From NCBI RefSeq assembly GCF_964194155.1, contig NC_135882.1:98518001-98582000 (forward strand): a stretch of 64,000 nt of DNA, given 5' to 3'. Origin of the DNA: Cetorhinus maximus (taxonomy: Eukaryota). Shown here in pieces: positions 53,165-64,000 of this stretch (positions within the stretch are counted from its first letter, which is position 1; each line of letters opens with the position of its first letter). Under the pieces are notes generated by a model, which did not search any database, was not told the origin of the DNA, and saw only the letters and a list, made by a program, of their open reading frames with translations. Made by a program: the position numbers and the translations under genes.

Positions 53165-53504
53165 AGTGGCACAGTGGTATTGTCACTGGACTTGTATTCC
53201 ATTACCCATGGGTAATGCTCTGGGGACCCGGGTTTGAATCCCACCATGACAGATGGTGAAATTTGAGTTCAATAAAAACCTGGAATTAAAAGTTTAATGA
53301 TGACCATGAAACCATTGCCAATTGTCATAAAAACCCATTTGGTTCACTAATGCCCTGGTGTCCTTACCTGGTCTGGTCTACATGTGACTCCAGATCCACA
53401 TGCTATGGTTGACTCCTAAATGCCCTCTGAAAAAGGGTAGGGATGGGCAATAAATGCTGGCTTAGCCAGCGACGCCAACATCCCACGAACGAATAAATAA
53501 AAAA
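53165..53504 (+). mobile_element. tRNA-derived SINE with LINE-derived tail
   Basis: A box TGGCACAGTGG (53167), B box GGTTTGAATCC (53231), 3' end GGGATGGGCAATAAATGCTGGC..CATCCCA shared with the second LINE family. Confidence 0.9.
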
Positions 53505-53694
53505 CCCGCCTCGGTAGAAAGGCCCTCAGATTGTGTGATCTGGGGCAAGTGCGGGGTTCACACCTACTGACCTGCTGCACTCCAGCAATGTGAATTGATT
53601 GGCTGAAGCACTGAGGTCCCTGTGATGGATGACATCTGCATGCTGCATCTGTTGGGGCAGGCTTGGTACATACCTCTCCTATACCATGGATATG

Positions 53695-54020
53695 TCCAAG
53701 GCACTCCTAAGGCAGCACCTTCCAAACCCATGACTACCACCACCTGGAAGGACAAAGGCAGCAGATAGATGGGAACTCCACCACCTGGAAGCTCCCCCAC
53801 AAGTCACTCACCATCCTGACATGGAAATATACCGCCATTCCTTCACTGTCGCTGGGTCAAAATCCTGGAACTCTCTCCCTAACAGCACTGTGGGTGTACC
53901 TACACCACATGGACTGCAGTGGTTCAAGGCACCACCACCTTCTCAAGGGCAATTAGGGATGGACAATAAATGCTGGCCTGGCCAGCCATGCCCACATCCC
54001 ATCAATGAATAAAAAAATAA
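53695..54020 (+). mobile_element. Second non-LTR family, 3' end
   Basis: SFTVAGSKSWNSLP and tail CCCACATCCCATCAATGAATAAAAAAA. Confidence 0.9.
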
Positions 54021-55610
54021 GGTATAAGTATGTGTTGACATGTGAATGCCCACTGAGATCCATGGTTACGTTGAAGAGCTTTGTCCCTGACAGCATGATA
54101 GAATGGGCTCACGGTGCTCTGTATGTTGTATCTGTAGGACAAGAGTGCTCACAACACTAAAGAGATGGCCTGGACAAGGGGTGGGTCTGCGAGGCTATGA
54201 GTGATTTACACCTTTGAGGAGACCGTGATGGAAATAGCCAGGGTGCCAGTGGAACTGATTAGTGGTGATGGAAAATAATCTATAGTAAGTGCAAAAAGCG
54301 TTGTAGAGGCACTTTCAAACATGGTGTTGATGGAGGGCGTTATGCTGTTAGTGAACTAAGCAGATGGGGACATTGTTATGAGGGGTAGCACGAAGGCTAC
54401 ATGATAAAGGTTCTGTAAAAGTGGTTGAAGGCAACGTTTTGGGTCCGTTTATGCTCTCAAAATATCAAAGGCTTACTCTATTTACATCCTTTTGTGTCTC
54501 ACACAGTTCCCAGTGGCACTCAATCACGGCTCTCCTATCACCCCCAGCTCGCTGCCACCCCCTCCCCCGCCCCCAGCCTGGCTGATCCCTTCGGCACCAG
54601 GAAGGGGAAAGGAAGAGATGTCCAAGGAAGCATTGTCACATCTGACCAGCCCATACTCCACCAACAGAGGTATTAGCACTTGAGGGACATAGTACGTATA
54701 GAGCAAGTGACATGTGGTGAAGGACATCGCACCAGAGTGCAGAAGGAGATACGAGAGTCAGAGACATCCAAGCACAGTCCCCTCAGATGTCGGAGGGCAG
54801 TGAAAATGATGCTCCAGTAGGTATTGAGGTAGGAGCTCAGGAGTCACCTCACGGGGCACAGTACTTAGAGCATCAGCAGTCAGTGTGTGTACATTTGGCG
54901 GAGTTCCGAGGCAATGTGAGCTCATGCACTGCAAGTGAAGGCATCCATAGCAGTGATAAGCTCTACCTTGTCCTGGGGGCTCAACTGCATGCGCTCCAAC
55001 TATGACAGAATGACCAAGCTCATGGAGAGACACATGCAGCATCAGTTTGAGTGCATGCAAGAGCACTCTCACTGTCTGCAAAGGGTACAAGGCTCACTCA
55101 GTAGCCTAGAGGAGGCTGTTCATAATATGAGCCCTAATCCTGATGGCGTACATGAGGAGCTGCTTATCCACAACAGGACATTGGTGGCACGACAGTGGTT
55201 GCACCCCAGCAACCAGCCTCAGCTAACCCATGTGAAAGACAACCCAGGGCTGTGGAGGTGTGTGAGGAGCACGAGGGTTCCAAGAACAACTTGGCACCCT
55301 CATCTTCTACTGCTTCCCCAGCCCCTCCAACGGAGCCCTCATCTGGGGTAGATGCCCCAGTGATAATGGCTGCCCCTGCAGAAATGCAGAGCCTACAGTC
55401 TCAAGTGGGTCCGCCAACAGGTTATTGCACAATGAGACCAGCCACCACACTCCTCAATGCCATATAACAGGAGAGCTGAGCAGCCTTCTTCCATCTCCTC
55501 CAAGGCTACAGAGGAGTACTGCATAGGAGTGTTCACGAGAGCAGGATGCTGTGGCAACTTGATCACTGTTGGGTTCACCATGGTGTTATTTAATATCACT
55601 GTGTTAGGAG

Positions 55611-56702
55611 TGTCATGTCCCTAAGACATGAAAGGGATCATAGATTGTTTACATTTATTTTAAAAAATAATTTTTTTGCTTATTTAAGAAATGGACTTTG
55701 CTGAACCAAAAAATTGCTGCTACAGGTCACATGATTCACAAGTCAGCTACAGATTCGGGAAATTTCTGACAGCAGTTACAGGACTAAAGCTTAACACTCA
55801 TCCTTGTGGAATCTCACACCTCTCCTTGTGAGGACACACTACAATCAACTAAACCAAGGACCAGCAGACAACGTGTTTCCCCAGCCTGGTCCTAAAACAA
55901 AATTCATCAAAACTTGTTATACCTGCAGAGGCACTAATAGCCACCAGCTATCTATTAAGGTGAACAATGGAATTTGACCAGAGGCATAGAAACTGCTCAT
56001 TAGCCTATAACTGGCTCATTGATGGGCAGTATCACATGACTTAAGCTTCTGGCCTTTGGAAAGTTTCAATATTACATTTCTAGACTTGCAACTCAGTCTG
56101 CTATTTAACCTTCAGCCTGCAAACAACATAGAAGGACTCCAGGCTGACCAACAGCCTGCATCAAGTCCAAACCTCCTTGAAGCCTGTTTCTCTGGAAGAT
56201 TCCTGCCATCACCTGTTGAACAGACCAAGTTTCAGTGTACCAACCTCATCTTGCTGCGTCACCATCAACTTTGAAGGAATTCTGCAACTCCTGCTTCATC
56301 TAGCTGAACCCACCTGAACTGTAAATTCTCAATGAAGGAACTCCCACTGGACTCTGACTTTCTGGACTCTGACATTCATGTGAACTGATAACCATACCTG
56401 TGGTTCTTTTTTCTTTTAAGTTATTCACAGTTGTAAAAATTCCTCTTATCTTCTTATTGTGTGCATGTGCGTGTATGTATGAAATTGCGACCATCCCTTG
56501 ACTGCGAATGTATGAATAAACTATACTTCTGATTTAACTCTCTTTAGAGCTTGCTGCGTGTCACTTTAAAATTGACTTCACAAACAGGCGGTTCGTGGAA
56601 ACACGCCAAAACCTATTTCAAAAATTAAAACACTTCTGCTTATGGACAAATAGTGAAAAAAATAAAGGAGTTCAGATTTGCCTCTCTCCCCTGTCCATAA
56701 CA
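55611..56702 (+). mobile_element. Solo LTR, 1092 bp
   Basis: TGTCATG...CATAACA termini, TSD GGAG/GGAG, AATAAA near 56515. Confidence 0.88.
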
Positions 56703-57344
56703 GGAGTTAGATTCATGCCCTTTGTAAATACACATACTCTCTTTAATGGAAAGATTGGCCTGTCATTGTAAACAAGTAGCTTCAATTACTAGGCAAAAAG
56801 AAAGCAGCAGGTTCTTACCAGTAACAATGGAGACTGCAGCCAGAAGTCCATCTCCCCCTGATTGTGAGAGCGTCAAGGGTCTAGATGTCACACTGATATC
56901 ACTGTGAGTCGGTGGTGGGTGGATAATGTGAAAAGTAACTGAAGTCACACACGTGACTTACACCTGCACCACGTCCAACAGATGGAGTTCAGTCAGTACA
57001 TGCATTCATATTTGCAGGCAATGCGAGTTGACATAGTGGGCATGCTGTAGCTAGGCACAAGGTGAAGTTTTCTCCAGTTATTTACCAGCCTCCAGCAGAA
57101 ATTTGCAGGCCCAGCTGTTAAAGGACATCTCAAAGGTTAATCTATGGACAATGTTGAACCAAAGGGTGATGATGGCGCCGCATTCTGCTTTGCTGCTGAC
57201 ACTGAATGTCAATATATCCTGTTGGTGTTCTTCCTTGTTGGGGATGGGCATTTCCTTGAAAATGTGAGGCTCAAAAGAGGCAATTCTGTGGCTGCAGCTC
57301 AGCAGCAACTTGATGGATTTGCTGTGACATTCTAATGGCTGGTT

Positions 57345-58450
57345 AGGTGAATTTTCTCCGTATTAAGAGGACTCTGGTAATAATGGCATCCCTTATGGGG
57401 CCGGCCATGGTTATCCAGGCCTGCTCAAGATGTCCCTATTGTTGCTCCCCTTTCTCTGTGTCATCTCCATCAGGTTCAATAGGCTGCTCCTCCTCCTCGT
57501 TCTCCTCCTAGTCCTCCTTCTCCTCCAATGAGATAGTTTTCTCATTGGCTTCTGTTCCCCTCAATGTGAAGGCCTCTCCATGGTGCTATATTGCGGAGCA
57601 TGCAGTAAATGACCATTATTCTAGAGACTCTTGCAGGTGAGTACTGGGGTGCTTCTCCAAGTCGGTCAAGGCATCCAAAGCATATCTTCAGAAGCCTGCT
57701 GAATGATGTTCCTTGCTGCATATAGCTGTTGTTGTATCGACACTGGGGCCCTATCTCTGGCTGCCTCAAGGAAGTCAGCAGCCACATCCTTAAGGGGTAC
57801 CCTTTGTTGGCTAAAAGCCAACTATAGATCTCCGGTGTGGGCTGGACAGCTGAGGGGGCCGTGAAAGCCTCAGGATGAAAGCGCCTTGGCAGCTGCCCGG
57901 GAGGTGTGCAGGAAGACCTTGGTGCGGTCACACACCACCTGGATGTTGATTGAGTGGAAAGATTTCTTGTTCACAAAAGTTTCTGGCTGCTGATCATGTG
58001 ATCTTATAGCCATATGTGCACGGCCGACCACTCCTTGAATTTGTGAGAAGCTAACTATGTTGGCGAAGCCCCTGGCCCCCTGCCACATCTGTTGGAAAGT
58101 TGATCTGATCCCCCACCTGGGCAAAGAATGCATCTGTGATTGTGGAGATGCACTGATGGGTGGCTGATTCCAAAATGCTGCAGAGGTCTGCAGCAGACCC
58201 CTGAAAGGATCCAGCTGCATAGAAAGTGAGGGCCATGGCGACCTTCAGTACAACTGATAGGACATGGGGATCTGTTGAGTATGGTGCCAGATATTTCTCT
58301 ACGATGACACAACCATTTCCCTTGAGACTTGTAGCCTTCACCTGCACTGGGTCTCTGTCATGTCGAGTTAGAACCTTCTGAGATCAGATACCCTTATCTC
58401 AGAGTAACATCTCATTCTCCTCCTCCTTCTTCCTGCTGCATTCTATGTTG
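57345..58450 (-). pseudogene. Harbinger (HARBI1-like) DDE transposase pseudogene
   Basis: KVAMALTFYAAGSFQ, IQGVVGRAH, FVNKKSFHSINIQVVCD, WLLANKGYPLRMWLLT and CLDR..YSPARVSRI..CMLRN. Confidence 0.95.
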
Positions 58451-59361
58451 GCTCTGCCAATTCCTAGCTGTGTTCATTGGCTCTGGTCACACATTGCAGC
58501 CAGTACACTGCCTCCATGGCCTGTTTGTGGGATGGTGCCACACCCATTTTTCCACTTCTTTCATTCACTGCACACACTTCCCCAACCATCCTGTCTCCCA
58601 CCTGGCTGCTGAGGCAAGGGGTTATCCTGATGGGCCACATGGATATACCCTTCAATTCCACAAGCCCCACCTCCCAACTCCCTTGGGGGTCAGCCACAAT
58701 CCTCTACCTGTGATGGAAAACCTTCCATGGTCAGACTTCAAATTCTCTGCACTCTGCACAAGGTAAAGACGCCTTCCTAGAAACCTTCAGAAGCTTTTAT
58801 GGCCTGTCAATAAGGTCACGAGACACGCAGTCACTTCCAGCAATGAACATCACATCTATTTGAGCTCTGCAGCACTTGTAAGTATCCCAGCAGACTCAGG
58901 AACTGCACAAGTGTGAAGCATGTCCTTCCCCCTTTCCCCTACCAGCGAAAATGGTTTCTACTAGAAACTTACAGGTGCCAGCTGCCATTTGAACGCTCCA
59001 CGGAGTCTCCATGACTCTGCAAAAATCCGGTCCTTGGTGTCAGATCTTCAATCTACTCTCTAAACCACCCCCCCGCCTCGTACATTCATCCTTTTACCCC
59101 CATCCAGTTCACCTACTTTACCTTCTTCCTTCCACAGTTTCCAGGATCATAATCCAATTATCCTCTTCTTTCTAACTGTTTTGCTTTAGGACTAGGCTTG
59201 GTCTAATTTCCCATAAGCAATGCCACAGGAGATCCAGATTTTTTGTGGGGAAGTGTCTAGTAATGTTACTCCAGGTACCATGAATGTGCGACAGATTTAA
59301 TGCAGTTAAAATGCTCTTTAAATCAAGGCTCACACCTAAGATATTGCCTTTGAATACTCAC

Positions 59362-59406
59362 CATTCTGCTCTTATGTAGGAGCCTGGGCACGACCAAACG
59401 TAGGAA
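59362..59406 (-). CDS. Candidate host-gene coding exon
   Basis: Acceptor TACTTTTCAG, donor TG/GTGAGT; 45 nt, SYVWSCPGSYIRAE(W); phase 2 to 2 joins 52742 in frame. Confidence 0.5.
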
Positions 59407-60206
59407 CTGAAAAGTATTGATTCACATTATTGCTCTTTTTTCCAGTAATGCAAAGAAAGACAATGGAAGGGAAGAAAAGAGCTGAAAATCTGAGACAGTG
59501 CTATGGGAGTCTTACCAGAGTATATCTAACTTTGTCATTGCTGTGCTTCTGCTACAGGTGCGAGTGGAGCACCAATGACAAGTGTACAAAGTGTAGAAAG
59601 TGAGCATAAGGCATGACAAAATGTGACAGTTAATGTCAACACTGTCTCCACCATTCGGAAGGAGAGCTGAAAGATGGTGCACAAATCAGGAAAATACACA
59701 AAGCAAAGACACAAATATTATGTAAAGTAGCAAAACAAAATACATTGCACATGAAAGGAATTTATAGATGTAAGAGAAATAAACAACCTTCTGCTGTATA
59801 ACAAGATATTATACATGATAAAAGTGTTATGTAAACTGCATTATACATTTCCTGACAGGATTAAAAAGGCAGAGACTGAATTATGAGCCTTGCCCTTTGC
59901 CTGGGGTAATATTTTGAAATCTTATACTACATTATATCTTATTCAGGTCCAGGAAAAAGTACTTACATTTTGAGTTGACTAAGCAGCTGTGTATAACTTC
60001 CTTATTAATGTCTTTCGCGTAGCCTTAATAAAAATAATCAGCTTTTTTCCTCACTAATTTTCACTCTTGGTTCATTTTTAAACCAAACAGATTAGATCAT
60101 CACTTAGCATGAACAAATAGTCTATTAATGTTGTCTATCTCCAACCTACCGCTTTTTAATTCACAATTTATTTTTTATTAAAATGAAGAAAGCCAGCATT
60201 GGCAGG

Positions 60207-61291
60207 TGTTATGGACAGGAGCATGGGGGGCAGGGTGGGGGAATGATAATTTAAACAGCCCTGATTTCTCCTCTCACCACCCGTCCATAAACAGAAAGGG
60301 GCTTTTATTTGCTGCCCCCCCTTTATAAGCAGTAGAGTGTTTCCTACCCCTCAGTTTTGACGAGCAAACTTGTGATAGGATGAACTAAAAGAGCTGGTTT
60401 ATTTACACACTTTCAAAACACAAGGAGGGGGTCGCCATGTAGCCCAAAGGCACTCATACAATAAAAGAGGAAGAGAGAAAGAAGATTTACAGGGCAAAGA
60501 CCACCGAGAAAAAAGTTATTGTTTCATGTGTGTCTGGAGTCCAGAATCACAGTCGAATGGTGTATTCCTACACAGTAGCCGGCAGGCTGAATTGGTACTG
60601 GGTAATTCATTTATCCCGTAGAGTTGGCTTCCACGATGAGATAAGCATCGCTTCAAGCAGAGATGAATCAGTCTTCTAGGCGATGATACAGAAGTTCGAG
60701 TAGAAAGAGTGTAGATGGGGCCAGGCATTCAAACCTGGGCAGAGCCTCTTTACTGTGCTGCTGCTTGGTAGATAGAAGGATGGTAGACTCAGCTTTGCAG
60801 CTCCACAAGGCACTTTTACTTGTTCCACCAGCTAGGGGTTCATGTCACGTGACTCTCATCTCTCCACTCTGGCTTTGGCAAAGGCTGTGTATCCCTTTGT
60901 CTGTGTCCCTGGGATTGTTAATGTTCTAACCACTAAGTCTTAAAGAGAGGTCGTAGGGTGTTTTGTCCTATTAGACGAATTGGCTATGGTTGGCCAGGCC
61001 TAGCTTTTGAAATGTAGGTGACCTTTGTATAGTTCCCTTTGAACTTGGCCTCTGCAGCCCACAGGGCATCATTAAGGTCTCTTCAGGATTTTCATGATCC
61101 TGAAAAATTGTCACATTAGTTCTTACTGTTTGAGGATCACAGACAGATATAGCTTCAGCCATTTTAAAAATAGTCTTTGTTCAGTTTTTTAAATTTTAGA
61201 AATTAGTCTTGAGGATATATATATCTGTAATTTTATATTTTCTATATATATTTTATAAAAATATAGAGTGTGAGGTCTTAGTCCCCTGACA
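60207..61291 (-). mobile_element. Solo LTR, 1085 bp
   Basis: TGTTA...TGACA termini, TSD CAGG/CAGG; first 13 bp are the reverse complement of the end of 55611-56702. Confidence 0.88.
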
Positions 61292-61309
61292 CAGGTCTCA
61301 AGTGTCTTG

Positions 61310-62105
61310 TAATCACTCATGGATGCGAATGCCACTTCCATTTGTTGCCCATCCTTAATTGCACTTGGAAAGGTGATGATGAGCCACCTTTCAAAACCAA
61401 TGGTATGTTTCCAAATCAGGATGGTGTGTGGCTTGGAGGGGAATTTTCAGGCAGCAGTGTTCCCATGCATCTGTTGCCCTTGTTCTTCTAGGTGGTAGAG
61501 GGCATGGGTTTGGAAAATGCTGTCAAAGATGTTTTGAGTAGCTGCGGTGCGTATTATAGATGGTACACACTGTAACCATTGTGCATCAGTGATGAAGGGA
61601 GTGAATGTTTATGTAGTGGCTGGGATGTTGATCAAGCAACTACTTTATCCTGGATGGTGTAAAGCTTCTCGAGTGTTGTTGGAACTGCACTCATCCAGGG
61701 AAGTGGAGAGTATTCCATCACACCCTGAATTGTGCCATGTAGATGGCAGCCAGGTGTTGGGGAGTCAGAAAATAAGCTGCTGACAGAAAAATACCCCAAA
61801 TCTGACCTGCACTTCTAGGCTGGTCCAGTTAAATTTCTAGTTAACAGTGACCCCCCTAGGGTCTTGATGGTGGGGGATTCAGTGATGGTAATGCCAACGA
61901 ATGTCAAGGGGAGATGTTGTTCTCTGATGTTGGAGATGGTCATTGCATTATACATGTATGCTGCAAATGTCACCTGCCAGTTATCAGCCCAATTCTAAAG
62001 GCTATCACTCTCACCTCACCTCTGGCATTCAACTATTTTGTCAATGGTTGAACCAAGGCTCTAATGAGGTCTGGAATTGAGTGGCCCTGGCAGAACCCAA
62101 GCTCA
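61310..62105 (-). mobile_element. Older copy of the second non-LTR family
   Basis: Collinear with 7985-8760 at lower identity. Confidence 0.85.
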
Positions 62106-62154
62106 GCAGGAGTAGGCCATTACGCCACTCAAGCCTGTCCGTCATTCAATGAAA

Positions 62155-63722
62155 CCCAGAGGGGTCAGGGACAGAATCTATTTGGCTAGAGCTAAGTAAC
62201 CAAAAACATGCAAAAACATTGCTTGGTGTAATCTATAAGCGATCAACTAGCGAGAAAGATGTAGAGGGACAAATTAGCAAGGAAATTACAGAGAGGTGCA
62301 AGAATTATAGAGTAGTTAAAACGTGGATCTTTAGTTACCCAAATATAGACTGGGATATCAGTAGTGTAAAGAGCAGAGAAGGGCAAGAGTTCCTAGTGTG
62401 TGTTCAGGAAAATTTTCTACAGTAGTATATTTCCAATCCAATAAGAAAGGAGGCACTGCTAGACCTAGTTCTCGAGAATAAGGTAGGCCAAGTGGATCCA
62501 ATGTTGTTTGGGGAATACTTAAGGGAGTAATGACCATTGTATCATCAGGTTTAGGTTGGCTATGGAAAAGGACAAGGAACATTTCGAGTAAGCATAATTA
62601 ACCGAGGGAAAGCAAACTTCAATATTGTAAGTGGAACTTAGCCAGGTAAATTGGAGTCAGAGCCAAAGTATATTCCCATGAAGGGAAAGGTGAGCAAACA
62701 AATCCAGAGCTCCCTGGCTGATGGAGAAATAGAAAGAAATAGAGATTAACATGAAGAAGAAGAAGTCTGTGCATGTTAAATGTTAAGTGGATAATACAAT
62801 CAAGAACCAAACTGAATATAGAAAGTTCAGAAGGGAATTAAGAAAGCAAATAAGAGAAGCAAAGAGAAAGTATGAAGAAAGGCTGGCAGCTAACATACAA
62901 GGGAATTGAAAAGTCTCCTATAGGCAAACAAATAGTAAAAGGGTGCTAAAAGGAGAAGGGCCGGTTAGGGACCACAAAGGAGATTTACGTATGGAGCCAG
63001 GGGGCATAGCTGAGGTATTAAATGAATGCTCTACATCTGTCTTAACCAAGGAAGAAGATGCTACCCAGGCAGCAGTGAAAGAGGAGATAATTCAGGCACT
63101 TGAAAGGTTTAAAACTGATAAGGAGGAAGTATTGGATAGCCTATCTGTACTTTAAGTCAATTAAGAACCAGGACCGGAAGAGATGCATCCAAGGATACTA
63201 AGGCAAGGGAGAATGGAAATTATGGAGGCACTGGCCATAATTTTTCAGTCTCCCTTAGACTCAGGAGAGATGCCAGAGGACTGCAAATGTTACACCCTTG
63301 TTCAAAAAAGGGTGTAAAAATAACCCCAGCAACTACAGGCCAGTCAATTTAGCCTCAGTGGTGAGGAAGCTTCTAGAAGCTATAATTTAAGACAAAATGA
63401 ATAGTTACTTGGGCAAATGCGGATTAATTAAAGAAATCTAGCATGGATTTGTTAAGGAAAAATCGTGTTTAACCAACTTGCTGAAGTTTTATTATGAGGT
63501 AACAAAGAGTGTTGATGAGGGTAATGTCGTGGATGCGGTGCACATGGATTTCTAAGAGCCATCTATTAAAGTGGTGCACAACAGACATGTGGGAAAAGTT
63601 ATAACTCATGACATAAGTAAGATAGTAGAGACAGGGATACAAAATTGGCTGAGTGACAGGAAACAGTGTAGTGGTTAATAGATATTTTTTGACTGAAGGA
63701 AGGTTTGTAGTAAAGATCATCA
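62155..63722 (+). mobile_element. Heavily decayed CR1 ORF2 (APE to RT)
   Basis: LGVIYK..YPNIDW..EFL..VQENFL; VTPLFKKG, NYRPV and CLTNLL remnants. Confidence 0.9.
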
Positions 63723-63734
63723 GGGATTTTTATT

Positions 63735-63976
63735 GATAAAAATTTCAGCTCCTTGAGGCAGCTCTGTGCCTCAGGGAGCTTTTACTGTGCGGACCTGCGC
63801 GTATGCATGAACTTCCCACCCCCACCCCAACAGCGCTGAGCGCTGCAGTGCACGTTTCACGCTGGCTGGCCGTTAGTTGGCTAACCAGTGTGAAATCGTG
63901 GTTGGAGCCCGAGCGCAGGCGGCGGTTGGTTTCCAAGCCTCTCCCGGGCCCACCCGATGGGGGCAAAATTCTGCCC
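63735..63976. mobile_element. Right end of a Harbinger-type MITE
   Basis: Ends GCAAAATTCTGCCC; homologous to 6550-6760. Confidence 0.85.
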
Positions 63977-64000
63977 CTGGACACAGGAGTAGAATGCTCT

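Larger units (their letters stand above)
54500..59033. mobile_element. Second two-gene Harbinger relic carrying a nested solo LTR
   Basis: Transposase on - at 57345-58450; probable Myb-gene last exon on + at ~54590-55560; TIR-like AAAAATCCGGTCC ending at 59033; left end uncertain, possibly near 53105. Confidence 0.65.

Noticed and set aside
53165-53250. tRNA gene
   Set aside because: A and B boxes run straight into a SINE body and LINE-like tail; no clean cloverleaf
57078-57335. Overlapping ORFs downstream of the transposase as a captured cargo gene
   Set aside because: Short, no recognisable motif, and explainable as intergenic spacer of the element
57345-58450. Domesticated host HARBI1 gene
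   Set aside because: Multiple frameshifts, catalytic Asp positions altered, and transposon context
59967-60023. 57-nt minus-strand segment with strong GTAAGT donor as next upstream coding exon
   Set aside because: Its only open frame is phase 1-1, incompatible with the phase-2 exon at 59406; it could be non-coding or spurious, and this weakens the gene model slightly

Overview
This is eukaryotic, repeat-dominated vertebrate DNA. The mix of CR1 LINEs, DeuSINE- and AmnSINE2-like SINEs, Penelope-like elements and Harbinger transposons points to a cartilaginous fish (shark); that assignment is inference from family recognition by eye, not a database result. Most ORFs in the track are fragments or antisense shadows of decayed transposons. 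Elements seen: (1) many CR1 LINE copies, including a near-complete ORF2 at 42892-45828; (2) a second non-LTR family with a partner SINE sharing its 3' tail; (3) Penelope-like elements, one with an inverted RT segment; (4) a Gypsy gag-protease relic and two related ~1.09 kb solo LTRs with clean 4-bp TSDs; (5) a large PIF/Harbinger system of two-gene relics (DDE transposase plus spliced Myb/SANT gene), an internal-deletion derivative with a 3-bp TSD, and many MITEs sharing a GGGCAGAATTTT-like terminus, one carrying a ~1.1 kb foldback. Between the repeats I find a phase-consistent chain of short minus-strand exons that may belong to an unidentified host protein-coding gene spanning most of the window. 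I see no CRISPR array, rRNA gene or intact tRNA gene, and I cannot claim a wholly new biological system from sequence alone.
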